Virus record (IMG/VR): IMGVR_UViG_3300031920_000119
Span: 1-43,714 of that record
Length of the DNA stretch: 43,714 nt
From: a virus
Reading direction: 5' to 3' (one strand)
A model generated the notes under the pieces. That model saw only the letters and a list, made by a program, of their open reading frames with translations. It made no database searches and was not told where the DNA came from. Below, one piece after another: positions 7,211 through 17,639 of this stretch (within the stretch, counting starts at the first letter, position 1; the number at the start of each line of letters is the position of its first letter). A program made the position numbers and the translations under genes.

Positions 7211-8553
7211 ATTGTGAAAGTCACCTCTCCGAGTGCGGCTATTTCACCGTCACTTACCGTTATATCCCCCGTCGGGGCCGATAACGCGAAAGAAACTATA
7301 AAAGCCCCCGTTTGAAGGTCCTGCGTGGCCTGAATAGCCCCCAGGTAACTCACCTCTATGACGTCTTGTTCAAAATCGACAGTGTCCTCGAAAAACGCTT
7401 TCAAATTGTCCTCGACTGCGGTCCGCATCGTCGGTGTATCCGGGTTCAAGGCAGTAAAATCGAAATCAGTCTCGACAAGTGTCGGGGCCTCAACAAATAA
7501 ATCCAGTTCACTGGTATTTGCCGGAAGCGCCCCGTCATCAATTACCGCCTGTTTTGTCTGATCGAGTACACTCTGAGACGGTATGATATTCGAATCATTA
7601 TCCCTTAAAATAAAAACCGAAGTCTGACCGGGTACCGGAGACGACCCACCACCTGGGCAAACTGATACCGTCGGTTTTTTTACAAACGCACGTGTGTTCC
7701 CGGCAATTGACAGCGCCGCGAGTTTGACTTGATTAGGTGTGAACATTCCCGATATTATGGATCTGGAAAGCAATATCCGCGAGCGGTATTCGTCGTCGGT
7801 TTCCTCTATCGCACCACCGGTGAGTCCATCAAATTGCGTGAGTGCTGGTTCTTCCGCCCCAGTTATCGGGGTTACGAGTGATAACTGCGCCCCTGATTCG
7901 AGGTTCGTATCTGTACCGGTGGCCTGTGCCTCTAAATTAATAGATGCCAGGTCGACGTCGTATTCGGGTGAACCTGTGGCCGGTGTTGCGGGTGTTCCAG
8001 CGACTTGATATTGGAACTCGTCACGTGCCGTGACTGTCACAATAAATGTGCTGTTATACTCTGGTTGAGTCGCCCCGGACAATATCACCTCAAGACCTGT
8101 TGCGAGTTGGTGTTCTGATCCGAGTTTAACTGTCGCCGTCGATCCGTTCCGGGTTATACTGGTAATGGTCTGATTTATGCTGATAATCGTTGAAACGATG
8201 GTCGATTGATGTGCCACACCGTTACTGGCGGTAAAATCAGTTAAAACAGGTATTATGGTTCCCACCGTTCCCGGCAGGGACACGTAACCCGTCGATCCCG
8301 TTGCCGGTTTTCTTGTCAGACCTTCATACCCACCCCAGAGGTCAAGAAATTCCCCCGACGCAGTCTGAGGAAACAATTCTCTTTCTAAGTCACGTACAAG
8401 AAAAGAAATTGATTGTGCGAGCACCGCATTACCATCCGCAAACGCTCTCGCCCACGATCCAAATACGGTGGGGTCGATGGTGGGCAACTGGACTATAAAT
8501 TCAGCCCGTATCTGTGCGGAAAGTTCATCGAATGTAGGGTATGTTAAGCTCAT
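7207..8553 (-). CDS. baseplate J-like protein (Mu gp47 / P2 gpJ family)
   Basis: Size, position between the gp46-like and gp48-like genes, and overlapping stop/start coupling. Confidence 0.75.
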   Translation of the reverse strand: MSLTYPTFDELSAQIRAEFIVQLPTIDPTVFGSWARAFADGNAVLAQSISFLVRDLERELFPQTASGEFLDLWGGYEGLTRKPATGSTGYVSLPGTVGTIIPVLTDFTASNGVAHQSTIVSTIISINQTITSITRNGSTATVKLGSEHQLATGLEVILSGATQPEYNSTFIVTVTARDEFQYQVAGTPATPATGSPEYDVDLASINLEAQATGTDTNLESGAQLSLVTPITGAEEPALTQFDGLTGGAIEETDDEYRSRILLSRSIISGMFTPNQVKLAALSIAGNTRAFVKKPTVSVCPGGGSSPVPGQTSVFILRDNDSNIIPSQSVLDQTKQAVIDDGALPANTSELDLFVEAPTLVETDFDFTALNPDTPTMRTAVEDNLKAFFEDTVDFEQDVIEVSYLGAIQATQDLQTGAFIVSFALSAPTGDITVSDGEIAALGEVTFTI

Positions 8554-9011
8554 GGTAAAATCCTATTAAAATCAGTATTGCGCCATAAAGTGACGTAACG
8601 TAATACCGTATTATCGATTGCTATTATATTTGTGAATATCCGTATTTCTTTTACCCCTTCACGCTCCACGGTGATCTGCACCCCGCGTGCTATCCCGTCG
8701 TCGAGTAACCACTGCAAACTGTCTTGAGCAAAAGATTTTACAAAATTTAAAGTGTCCTCAGTGATACGCGCCTGGTCCAATGTCCAGAGCAGGCCGCCAA
8801 GTTCCCGGTCTATATCCACTGATAAAATATTCCCGACCCATCCGCGCCGGTCCTTCGCCTTTTGTACTTGAACAGTCGACGCTCTCGAGTCGGAAAAATA
8901 ACTTGTAGGTATGACCGTCTCGAAACCTTCTGAGGATGCAAAGTTAGACCCGTCTATCTGGATATCATAAATACCATTACTATCAGATTTTATAAGTACG
9001 TCTTGCATCAC
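8550..9011 (-). CDS. baseplate protein, Mu gp46-like
   Basis: The pattern YDIQIDG...FETVIPTSYFSDSRA...RRGWVGN matches the GP46 family pattern. Confidence 0.7.
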   Translation of the reverse strand: MMQDVLIKSDSNGIYDIQIDGSNFASSEGFETVIPTSYFSDSRASTVQVQKAKDRRGWVGNILSVDIDRELGGLLWTLDQARITEDTLNFVKSFAQDSLQWLLDDGIARGVQITVEREGVKEIRIFTNIIAIDNTVLRYVTLWRNTDFNRILP

Positions 9012-9487
9012 TGAGGTCCCCCGGTGTTTTGCTGTGTATCCCCGTCAGAATCCGCCCCCTGTGGGTGCACATGGCTATCCCCCACATTTGTGCCGTTATG
9101 CGTTAGCGTGTCGCTTGTTATCTCGACGTCGGTCGATACTATAGTTACGTTATCCGCCACCACTGTGCACAATCCGTCTTTATCAAAATATATGTAATTA
9201 CCGGTAAGATAGTTACCGAGTGCGACCTCGCCTTTCGAAAGACCTTTCAATGTCCTATTTTTCGGATCGTCTGCAATACCTATGCCGTTGCTCTCTTTTC
9301 CACCCTGATTGACTATAATTACCATAGAGTTATCAGGTGGGCAATGCATGAGGCCGTAGGGTGAGAATACCATAATTTTTTGAGTTTTACCCAGATATGA
9401 CGACATACCGAACCGATGGTCGCCCGCGTCGATAGTGTATAATAATTTACCCACTTTAAATAGATTTTTTAAAAAGGTAACTATCAT
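9008..9487 (-). CDS. baseplate assembly/spike protein, Mu gp45-like
   Basis: GEVALGNY core and C-terminal HVHPQG...TGGPQ, as in gp45 / P2 gpV-type proteins. Confidence 0.7.
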   Translation of the reverse strand: MIVTFLKNLFKVGKLLYTIDAGDHRFGMSSYLGKTQKIMVFSPYGLMHCPPDNSMVIIVNQGGKESNGIGIADDPKNRTLKGLSKGEVALGNYLTGNYIYFDKDGLCTVVADNVTIVSTDVEITSDTLTHNGTNVGDSHVHPQGADSDGDTQQNTGGPQ

Positions 9488-10620
9488 CTTACTGTTTGCC
9501 CCCGTTCAACCGGTTCGATGTTCTGAAAACCCGCCCCTGTCCTCGCTTTCCTGACGTCTGCTTTTGTTGGTTCCGCCTCGACTTGGTAAGCATCTGGCGG
9601 CACACTTACTAAACGGGTCCGCGTTCCCTTCCGTATATCAATGGCATACTCTACAGATTTAATCAAGAACTCACCCGATATATTTGCAAAATCATCTATA
9701 ATGTCCACAAATTGCCCAAAGTCCCACAGGGTACCATCCGACTGCGTTACACCGGCGACTGTGGCGGTGTACTCTGTTCCTGACGCCCGCCTGATATTGG
9801 ACTCCTCGGCGGCACGTCCCTTGCATTCCTGATCGTTCATTGACTCCTCGGCCTGTATCTCGTGGTACCGTGTGGCACGGATCTGGCTGTCAACGACTTC
9901 GCTTTTTCTGTCGGTGCCCTCTCCGGCATAGTCGGCCAACGAGTCAAAACCGAAATTATCTTGCGACCTGCAAAGATACTGATTAAACCTGTTTTCCTGT
10001 GACCATCTTACGGAGTATGACGACACGTTATTTGTCCGCCCTGCTGCACGGTGTAACAACGGGCTCACTGACTTATTTGATCTATCAGGGCGGAATATAA
10101 CCAAATTACTGGAACCGTCTGAAACAAGGTACACTTGCCGTTTACGTGCGAATGATACAAGATAAGACATACACGTGTCACCGCTGCCCGCGGCTTGTAA
10201 ATCTTCGGATGTAAACTCGGGTATACCTGATATCTGTTCGATTACGCCAATTTCAGCACCGATAGCCGCGATCACTTTTTCACATAGTTTTTTAAGTGTG
10301 ACCGGACCCTCTGTGACTTTTGCCGCGTCGGGGACACTTGAGTCGATTAAATCTTGTATGCTATCCCTGCCAGATATATCGATGGTGTGTGTCCCGTCGT
10401 CTCCGTTCGCGGATATACTGTCGACAAACCCTGCTATTTTTCTTATTCCTAAAATACGTATCTCTACAAAATCCCCGGTTTTGATCGGGTACTCAGACAC
10501 TGGAACGGTGCTCGAATTTGAGAAACTAAATACTCCGGCATTTGAATCGATGGACCGCTGAACGGTCGCAGACTCCCACAACGTAAATGGCTGCCCGTTT
10601 ATCTGTATCTCAAAGCTCAC
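9484..10620 (-). CDS. tail/baseplate hub protein, Mu gp44 (P) / P2 gpD-like
   Basis: 378 aa, lying between the DNA circulation protein and the gp45-like gene, as in Mu-type tail modules. Confidence 0.65.
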   Translation of the reverse strand: MSFEIQINGQPFTLWESATVQRSIDSNAGVFSFSNSSTVPVSEYPIKTGDFVEIRILGIRKIAGFVDSISANGDDGTHTIDISGRDSIQDLIDSSVPDAAKVTEGPVTLKKLCEKVIAAIGAEIGVIEQISGIPEFTSEDLQAAGSGDTCMSYLVSFARKRQVYLVSDGSSNLVIFRPDRSNKSVSPLLHRAAGRTNNVSSYSVRWSQENRFNQYLCRSQDNFGFDSLADYAGEGTDRKSEVVDSQIRATRYHEIQAEESMNDQECKGRAAEESNIRRASGTEYTATVAGVTQSDGTLWDFGQFVDIIDDFANISGEFLIKSVEYAIDIRKGTRTRLVSVPPDAYQVEAEPTKADVRKARTGAGFQNIEPVERGQTVR

Positions 10621-11909
10621 GATTGCAACACCGTTACATCACCGGATAATTTGTCGGCAGGTTGACTCGGGTTTAAAGCACGTAACTCAAGCCCCCGTAT
10701 TGTCAGATCATCACTCGTGGTCAACTGTTCTGCGTAAAGATCATACGCCATAGTGAAAGCACTCATTGCTGTGGCATTTTTGATCGTTGTAAGACTAAAT
10801 GTCGACTGCTCTTTCTGATCGAGCACGTCAAGTGCTGACAATCTGATATTTTCCACGGCGCGTCTGACCCCTGACCGTGATTGTATGAGCGTTTTGTCCT
10901 CAGTGTCAACCCGCATAAGTCTCTGGTGTTCTGTCTCAAGCGTGAGCCGCGTCTCGTCTATTTCGACGTCGGTTCTATACGCCGCGTCGGCGGCTTGTTC
11001 ATACGCCGATACGAGTGCAGACACACGGCCTGAATTTATTAAAGAAAGTCTATTCAAATTGCGCTCTACACGTAAAGCCGTTGTCGGGGACCATAAAGGT
11101 ATGCCCTCACCGTCCGAGTCTACGGTTTCGGGTATAGACGCATTTTTTATATCGGAAAGGCTCAAACTCAATTGAGATCCGAATTGCGTTAAATCTGTCA
11201 ATAAAGATATTCCCGCACCATCTGATAACCCAACGCTCACAGTCTGCCACAATTGCCCGATAAACGACGTTGAAAGCACTGACGAGGATCTCACTATTGA
11301 CGCGGTGTTAACTTCTATTAAATCGACAATCCGGGTGATATCTCCGGGGTTATTAACGACCGCGACTATCATGTCTATGGCAGCCGTAAATTGCTTAAGA
11401 TCAAATTGCGCGGCCAGTACATTTAACGTGTCGGTCGGATCGACCCATAGGTCCCCTAATGCTATCGCTATCTGAATACGCGCCGTATCACCCTGCGCGT
11501 AAACTGTCTGTACCGTTTTGGGTGCCGCAGACGGGCCGGAAACCGCGCGCCCCGACACGAACTCAAGGTCGAAACGGATCTCGCCCACGTCTTTCTGTGA
11601 GGCATCTTTTTTATACGGAAGGGCAAACAGTGGCCGTGCACCGAAAGTCGGCATTGATAGACGACCTTTTCCCGGTTCTTTTAAAGCACGCTCAAGCTGT
11701 GCCGCCCGGTCGATAAAGTCGTCACCTGTCACAAATGCTGTGACACTGAACTTTGGTGGTAATTCCCCCAGATCCTCGACAAACCTTTCGGAACTATTCG
11801 GATAGTCGTGCAGAACAATACGCCGCCCACCTTCCGTGAGCATTTCCGAACGTATGAAAAACGGAATACCTTTCCATGACGCTGGTAAAAGTTGTTTTAA
11901 TCTAGTCAT
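10617..11909 (-). CDS. DNA circulation protein, Mu gp43-like
   Basis: The N-terminus ASWKGIPFFIRSEMLTEGGRRIVLHDYPNSSERFVEDLG matches the DNA circulation N-terminal signature. Confidence 0.8.
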   Translation of the reverse strand: MTRLKQLLPASWKGIPFFIRSEMLTEGGRRIVLHDYPNSSERFVEDLGELPPKFSVTAFVTGDDFIDRAAQLERALKEPGKGRLSMPTFGARPLFALPYKKDASQKDVGEIRFDLEFVSGRAVSGPSAAPKTVQTVYAQGDTARIQIAIALGDLWVDPTDTLNVLAAQFDLKQFTAAIDMIVAVVNNPGDITRIVDLIEVNTASIVRSSSVLSTSFIGQLWQTVSVGLSDGAGISLLTDLTQFGSQLSLSLSDIKNASIPETVDSDGEGIPLWSPTTALRVERNLNRLSLINSGRVSALVSAYEQAADAAYRTDVEIDETRLTLETEHQRLMRVDTEDKTLIQSRSGVRRAVENIRLSALDVLDQKEQSTFSLTTIKNATAMSAFTMAYDLYAEQLTTSDDLTIRGLELRALNPSQPADKLSGDVTVLQS

Positions 11910-13573
11910 GCTCCGACTCCCGCTAAGTTATAACCCGAGTTTAAGTTTATATCCGCTCGCTTAACCTTCGCACCACCTGAAGCTGTAACATTAATACCAC
12001 CTGTCACCTCGACTTTATTATTCTGCGCGGCCCGCGCACGTGCTTTCGGGTCAGTGAGTGAACGCGCAACAGCATCACCCCCGCCGAACAATACCTCTTT
12101 ACCCCACCCCGCCAGATCTTTTAAAAACCCCGGTGCGGTAAGTGCATCCCAGTGCTTCGTAAGTTGATATGTTGCGGCAGTGACCGTCCCAATCGCCGCG
12201 GCAACGGCCAGGAATGGCACCGCAATTGCACTAACTGTGGCAATAAAAGCGACACCGGCGACCGAACTCAAGCCAGCCATGGCCACACCAAGTGACCCGA
12301 CCGCTATTAAAAGCGGGGGGATTACTGCGGCAATCGCGGTAAGGGAAATAATAACAATCTTCGACATTCTCGATAATCCATTGAACGATTCAAGTATCGG
12401 TATCATAATGTCAAGGAATTTTATTAAAGCAGGAACGAGTATTTTTCCCACCTCGTTAGCTATAAGCTTTATTCTATTCCACGCCACTTTTAATTTACTC
12501 GCCCATGATCCGAAACGCAGTTCCGCCTCTTTCACGAGTGCGGTGTTTTCTCGCCATGCGACGGAGCCAAGTTCTAACGCCTTTCTAAAAACGTCACCTG
12601 AACCTGCTGCACGCAAAAGTGAATCCCTGACCCGCATATCTGCCATGCCGAGTTTTGCGAGTATCCCGCTTACATTTGCCCCTTTGTCACTGAGCCTGGA
12701 AAGACCTTCCGTAAAATCTATAATGGCGCCGGCTGCATCTGTTTTAAATTTCTTTGCGAAGTCTTCTGCTGATTTGCCGGATACTGATGCAAATTTTTTC
12801 AACATTGCACCGTTTTTGTCAACGGCATCGTTTATCTTTAACATAACGCGACTGAATGCGGTACCGCCCGCCTCTGCGTTTAACCCGACGGATGTGGCGG
12901 CCGCCGCAAGTGCTAATATCTGGTGCTCTGACATTTTAACGACATTTCCCGAGGCAGCAAGCCGCAAGGCCATTCCCGTAATCTCCGCCTCTGTTGTTGC
13001 CATCTTATTACCAAGATGAACAATGGTCGAACCGAGTCTATCAAAATTACCTTGGCTCATCTGCGTGATATTAGCAAACCTTGCGAGCTGTGTGGCACCC
13101 TCGTCCCCCATGTTTGTTGTGGCGCTGAGCATCGCAATTGTTTTTGCAAAGGCGGTTATATTCTTTGTTTGAATCCCTAACTGTCCGGCGGCCTCACCTA
13201 TTCGAAATAATTCATTAACAGAGACGGGAATCTCTTTAGACATCATTTTGAACTCTTCCCGCATGTCTTCAAGTGTTTTTGCGGAAGCATCGACCGTCTT
13301 TCTGACGCCGATAAATCCCGACTGCATGTCTATGGCGGTTTTACCCGCAGCCAGACCGAGACCGATTATCGGTAAAGTTACCTTCGCAAAAGTGGCCCTT
13401 CCCATGGACCGCATCCTCGGACCCATTACCGCAAGATTTTTGTTCATCCTTTTTACAGACGTAGCGGCACGTAATGCAGACGCTTTAAATTTGTCGGTAC
13501 TTCTCGTTATCCGACCGAGAGGCGTGGAATATTTATCTAAAATACGGTATATATACTCAGTACTAAACCCCAT
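11906..13573 (-). CDS. tail tape measure protein
   Basis: 555 aa, Ala-rich and helical, with a hydrophobic C-terminal segment. It lies directly downstream of the frameshifted chaperone pair. Confidence 0.85.
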   Translation of the reverse strand: MGFSTEYIYRILDKYSTPLGRITRSTDKFKASALRAATSVKRMNKNLAVMGPRMRSMGRATFAKVTLPIIGLGLAAGKTAIDMQSGFIGVRKTVDASAKTLEDMREEFKMMSKEIPVSVNELFRIGEAAGQLGIQTKNITAFAKTIAMLSATTNMGDEGATQLARFANITQMSQGNFDRLGSTIVHLGNKMATTEAEITGMALRLAASGNVVKMSEHQILALAAAATSVGLNAEAGGTAFSRVMLKINDAVDKNGAMLKKFASVSGKSAEDFAKKFKTDAAGAIIDFTEGLSRLSDKGANVSGILAKLGMADMRVRDSLLRAAGSGDVFRKALELGSVAWRENTALVKEAELRFGSWASKLKVAWNRIKLIANEVGKILVPALIKFLDIMIPILESFNGLSRMSKIVIISLTAIAAVIPPLLIAVGSLGVAMAGLSSVAGVAFIATVSAIAVPFLAVAAAIGTVTAATYQLTKHWDALTAPGFLKDLAGWGKEVLFGGGDAVARSLTDPKARARAAQNNKVEVTGGINVTASGGAKVKRADINLNSGYNLAGVGA

Positions 13574-13578
13574 TGTCT

Positions 13579-13761
13579 TTACCTTTTGGCCTCGCGGTTT
13601 ATTTTATCAATTTCACTGCTAATGACAGACAGTTCCCACATCGGCATGTTTTTTGCTTCTGTGTACCCTATGCCTCCGTCGGTAGCGTATGCGATTCTAA
13701 CGGCTGGTCTAATATATTCTTCTCGCCCCCTTGTGAGGGCATACCGAAAAAAGTGCACCAC
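13579..13761 (-). CDS. -1 frame extension of the tail assembly chaperone (GT-like fusion, about 214 aa in total)
   Basis: The ORF is in the -1 frame relative to 13668..14222. Its sequence FFRYALTRG... begins exactly after the T_TTT_TTC slip site. Confidence 0.7.
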   Translation of the reverse strand: MVHFFRYALTRGREEYIRPAVRIAYATDGGIGYTEAKNMPMWELSVISSEIDKINREAKR

Positions 13762-14222
13762 CTTACCGACATATTAAAAGCGTCGTCAGGTTTCAGGTTA
13801 TTCCACATTACTCGCGTCATAACCTGTTTATCATCAACCATGACAATGGCTTTTCCGGATCTGACACAAACCATCTTTTCAAAAGTACCTATAAATTGGC
13901 CTATATCCACAGTATCGGAAGCCTGTAAAGCAATAGAGACCATTTCATGTGTGGCATCTGTTTCCGATTCAAGTCGGTCAACTTCCTCGGCGAGTGGTTT
14001 TACAACTTCCCCGATTGACTCCTGTATTTCACCCGCATGTTTTGCAAATTCTATTTGACTGCGAGTAAGCATACTTTTGAGCCTGAGATAAAATTTAACA
14101 TGATCCATACCAGGTTCTTGTAAAACCACATGGCTCGCTGTTTCCGTTCTGCCATTACGTTTATAGTCGAGGCCCCGTGTCAGGGGAAACTCGACTGTAC
14201 CACCTTTTATACCCATTGCCAC
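13668..14222 (-). CDS. tail assembly chaperone (G-like, 0-frame product)
   Basis: Lies between the tube and tape measure genes. Contains the slippery heptamer near its 3' end. Confidence 0.75.
   Translation of the reverse strand: MAMGIKGGTVEFPLTRGLDYKRNGRTETASHVVLQEPGMDHVKFYLRLKSMLTRSQIEFAKHAGEIQESIGEVVKPLAEEVDRLESETDATHEMVSIALQASDTVDIGQFIGTFEKMVCVRSGKAIVMVDDKQVMTRVMWNNLKPDDAFNMSVRWCTFFGMPSQGGEKNILDQPLESHTLPTEA
13746..13752 (-). other. programmed -1 ribosomal frameshift heptamer T_TTT_TTC
   Basis: The minus strand reads ACT TTT TTC GGT in the 0 frame (TFFG), giving an X_XXY_YYZ arrangement. The -1 frame is open down to 13579. Confidence 0.7.
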
Positions 14223-14238
14223 ATACTCCTGTTTTTAA

Positions 14239-14643
14239 TTACTGTATACTCATCGGATCGCCTTTAAATTCAAGGCTTGTCACACCATCTGCGGACGCTT
14301 CACGCTCTACCGCTGGCGCGAGGGACATATGGTCCCAGGATAATGTAATGGCTTCACCGCTTCCAGCCTTTTGTACAGCCTGGACGCTGTTGGCCCCGAT
14401 ATTCTCTTTCCATGTGGCAATACTCTTATCCACTCCGGTGCGCAAGAATATATCGAATTTACATACTCCGATTTTACTTTCTGCATCCGAGGAATGTACA
14501 CTCTCAACATTACCGCCGCCGGAACTTGCCGCCCGTACGTTTATCTCACCCTCACCACCATCGTACATAAAACTGTTCGGTACGATTGCGTACGTCTCGT
14601 TATTTATGATAACGGCCGGGGTACTTAGTACAATGTTACTCAT
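14239..14643 (-). CDS. tail tube protein
   Basis: 134 aa, immediately downstream of the sheath gene and upstream of the chaperones. Confidence 0.7.
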   Translation of the reverse strand: MSNIVLSTPAVIINNETYAIVPNSFMYDGGEGEINVRAASSGGGNVESVHSSDAESKIGVCKFDIFLRTGVDKSIATWKENIGANSVQAVQKAGSGEAITLSWDHMSLAPAVEREASADGVTSLEFKGDPMSIQ

Positions 14644-14693
14644 GTGTCAAGTCTCCTGTTGTATGGCAAGGGGCGCAAAGGCCCCAAACCGTT

Positions 14694-16277
14694 TTATACT
14701 GTTATCTGAGTACCTACTGCGCCCACTGTAAACGACAATCGCAATGAATAGTTAATACTGCGTAACTGCGTAACTATCGGCAGCGGCCCACTAACTGTTG
14801 CGAGTCCTGTCGAAAGGTCTACCGTCACAGTAGTGTTTGTTGCAAAAAAGCTTTCAGCCTCACGTCCCGCCTGTGTCAACGCCTGACCCGCAAGAAATTT
14901 GTAAATACGGAGCAATTCGGCTTTAATACTTTCAGCGTTGGCCATTGATCTGCCAGCAATTAAATCACCTTCGGTGAGCCTTGACTGTGCAAATGCGGAT
15001 TTCAATACACGGAAGAAAATTTCTCTACAGACGGATCCGGTGTCAACATAATTAAGATAATGAAAACTTACATTCGCATTACCACCCGCGTCAGTGGTCC
15101 AATTGGTTACAACCGGCCCCATGATCATGGCATTCTGCGCCGAATTTACACCGTATATGGTGAAACCCGCGTCCTCAAGTGCAGCTTGTTCTGTCGCAGT
15201 AAATAGGTTTGTTGATCCTGTCACCGGGGTATCTCTCATCGGGGTATTAAAGTACGGCAGACTCGCCAGACTCGGACCACCAAATGCGTCGAGACCACCC
15301 GACGTGCTGATAATATAACTTGCAATACCGGCGGAAGGCGTCAACCTGCGCGCTCTGATTCCGGCAAACTCAGCCGCAACCCAGTCGGCGGGTCGTAAGA
15401 TAGCGGGCCCCACGTGCGCAGCAAGTGCGAGCAATGGGGAACCCATAAAAACGACCGTCTGACTGTTTTCTGTAGCAATTGCAACCAGTATATTTGCGTA
15501 TGTATCGGTGAGACCATGGAAAATGGTACCGTCAAGTATGGCGTTGTTTGCATTGAAACGACTTTCAAATTCAGTTTTAATAATAGATAAATTACTGTTC
15601 CATGCCTCCGGCCACATTGCACCGGTATACCTGATACCTTCAATCGGATCGAGTATACTGGTGAGTACCGGGTCATTTGCTCCACCTGTCCAGCCTGTTA
15701 ACGTAATGGCCAGACCGGGGACAATACCCTCCACTTTAATGCCGTACGCATTGCAAATCGTGCCTTTATCTGTCGAGGTGCATGTCACAACCCCGGCGGC
15801 ATTACCGTTTGTAAAAACGGGGTCAGTAAGTGCGTCAAGAGCTGCCACAATTAATACGGCGGCCTGTGTTTCTGTACTGGTGTCAGGAATAGCGACAGTA
15901 ACCTGGTATTGTTCCTCGTCGACTACCGAAATTTTATACTCTCCGGCACTTGTGGCCGTTCCGACAATTGTGAGGACTCCGGTACCGGTGGCACCTGTCC
16001 CACTCGGGTCCATCCCAATTACGTCAAGCGGCGAAAATGCTTCATTAACATTGATCCATGCAAGAATTTGATTTGTCAGGAATGTGTCGTCCCCAAACAA
16101 TGTTTTAATTTCCGCGGTTGTCAGTGTGTGAACGTCTACATTTAAAGCGCCGTCCACTGCCGCACCAGAGTCGCCGATCTGACCAAAAATAATATCTCTG
16201 CGGTCTTCAAATGCGTCCACGATTGCGGCCGGTAATAATTGAATGTTCACCTGTGGGTTACTTGTGATCCCGCCCAT
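14694..16277 (-). CDS. contractile tail sheath protein
   Basis: 527 aa with SD AGGAGGcaagaaATG, in the position of Mu gpL within the gp38-sheath-tube order. Confidence 0.75.
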   Translation of the reverse strand: MGGITSNPQVNIQLLPAAIVDAFEDRRDIIFGQIGDSGAAVDGALNVDVHTLTTAEIKTLFGDDTFLTNQILAWINVNEAFSPLDVIGMDPSGTGATGTGVLTIVGTATSAGEYKISVVDEEQYQVTVAIPDTSTETQAAVLIVAALDALTDPVFTNGNAAGVVTCTSTDKGTICNAYGIKVEGIVPGLAITLTGWTGGANDPVLTSILDPIEGIRYTGAMWPEAWNSNLSIIKTEFESRFNANNAILDGTIFHGLTDTYANILVAIATENSQTVVFMGSPLLALAAHVGPAILRPADWVAAEFAGIRARRLTPSAGIASYIISTSGGLDAFGGPSLASLPYFNTPMRDTPVTGSTNLFTATEQAALEDAGFTIYGVNSAQNAMIMGPVVTNWTTDAGGNANVSFHYLNYVDTGSVCREIFFRVLKSAFAQSRLTEGDLIAGRSMANAESIKAELLRIYKFLAGQALTQAGREAESFFATNTTVTVDLSTGLATVSGPLPIVTQLRSINYSLRLSFTVGAVGTQITV

Positions 16278-16509
16278 TTCTTGCCTCCTGTTTTTTCTTG
16301 GTTATTTTAGTCATGGGGGTAACTTTCGGCCCCGCGACCTCCGGTGTGTCAGTCAGGGAGACAGCGTTATCAATTTTTGAATCCGCAACTCTCCGTCGCC
16401 ATTTTTTATCGAGCGGTGTACCATCCTTATCGACTTCAATGGGGAGTTTCCCGCCCGGTTTGAGTCCATGAATAGATACACCCGATTTGTTAGTAATCGT
16501 GGCTTTCAT
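16258..16509 (-). CDS. Mu gp38-like protein (DUF2635-like); start taken at MKATITNK
   Basis: LPIEVDKDGTPLDKKWRRRVADSKIDN resembles the gp38 motif (YWRRRLxDGD). SD is GGAGGAtaaacggATG. The track ORF extends to 16539. Confidence 0.6.
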   Translation of the reverse strand: MKATITNKSGVSIHGLKPGGKLPIEVDKDGTPLDKKWRRRVADSKIDNAVSLTDTPEVAGPKVTPMTKITKKKQEARNGRDHK

Positions 16510-16538
16510 CCGTTTATCCTCCATGTTTCTATGTATCA

Positions 16539-17639
16539 TTACAGTGGTTCCTCGTCTAAATTTATATTAACAGTCATTTCGGCCTCGGAGTCATTAAACA
16601 GTTTCAAAGTCTGCGCAATGTCGCGAAAGGCGACGTCAGGTTGCTGTAAAAATCCGTCCTCATAAGTTATTGAACCTGGTATCTGCCAGTCGTATGTATG
16701 CGCGTAATATGCGGTATTATACTCGGCCGGCCCATCACCTGACGGTACCGCCCCGTATTTTATAACTTGTCCCGGTTGTTCATAACCGAATAACGTGGAC
16801 AATAACGCAGCGTATATTGTGCTGTAAGCTGCGTCCTGTGCGTTCGCTCCCGATAGGTCTGCACCCGTGTGCATAAATACCACTGTTGAAAAATTCCGTA
16901 ACATTCGAATGAGGTTCATATCCTGGCGGTTCATACCTGCAACACCATCGTTTAACGTATGACGGTCTTTGGATATATCACTGTCGGTCATTATCACAAA
17001 TAAATAGTCATCCTCGCTGGCGTGCTCTGTATATACCGCTTGTGCCCGCTTGAAATCCGCCGCCGCTGATATCCTAAAACCGGATACTATCTCAAGCCCG
17101 TCAATCGGTCCGGGAGGCAGCGCTGGCGCGTCTGATAAATTAATAGTAAACGTGCCAGCACTCGGTACGGTCGCAATGACCTGAACCCCTGCAAGCCCCG
17201 TTCGTGTATCGATTAAGTATTGAGTTTCATCGACCGCCGGTGCAGCCACCTCGCCGTCCGGCAGTATTACTGTAAAATTTCTACGGTTCGGCACGTCTAC
17301 AATGTCGAAAGTGTCGTCCCATACGCTGTCGAAACCGTCAAGTACTAACGTCTGATCATCAAACGGTAAACTTGGCGTAATCAAATCATGATCATATTTT
17401 GTTGTAAAAGTCACGTGCGTCGTTCCGGCAAGTATGGACGCCGACAACAGGTTCCGTGTGGTCCCTGCTGAAATAATGACCGACTGTCCTATGATTTTCC
17501 CGTGCGTTGGTGTGGTCACCGTGACAATGTTACTCGCATCAACCGCCGCAGACGACACCGTCAGCAATTCCGTAAACCTGTCCGTAAATAACGGTAGGTA
17601 CGTTTTCAACTGCCTGACTATGTCACTGGGTGTAATCAT
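16539..17639 (-). CDS. hypothetical virion/neck-region protein (366 aa)
   Basis: Long ORF coupled to its neighbours within the head-tail joining region. No motif recognised. Confidence 0.6.
   Translation of the reverse strand: MITPSDIVRQLKTYLPLFTDRFTELLTVSSAAVDASNIVTVTTPTHGKIIGQSVIISAGTTRNLLSASILAGTTHVTFTTKYDHDLITPSLPFDDQTLVLDGFDSVWDDTFDIVDVPNRRNFTVILPDGEVAAPAVDETQYLIDTRTGLAGVQVIATVPSAGTFTINLSDAPALPPGPIDGLEIVSGFRISAAADFKRAQAVYTEHASEDDYLFVIMTDSDISKDRHTLNDGVAGMNRQDMNLIRMLRNFSTVVFMHTGADLSGANAQDAAYSTIYAALLSTLFGYEQPGQVIKYGAVPSGDGPAEYNTAYYAHTYDWQIPGSITYEDGFLQQPDVAFRDIAQTLKLFNDSEAEMTVNINLDEEPL

Noticed and set aside
12180-13019. Long antisense ORFs in the track, for example 279 aa opposite the tape measure gene. 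Others are 5922..6383, 10175..10561, 15508..16071, 35686..36186, 38850..39257, 41134..41487 and 43415..43699.
   Set aside because: They lie wholly inside well-supported genes on the other strand, lack an SD, and have low-complexity or repeat-derived translations. They are shadow ORFs of biased-composition coding DNA.
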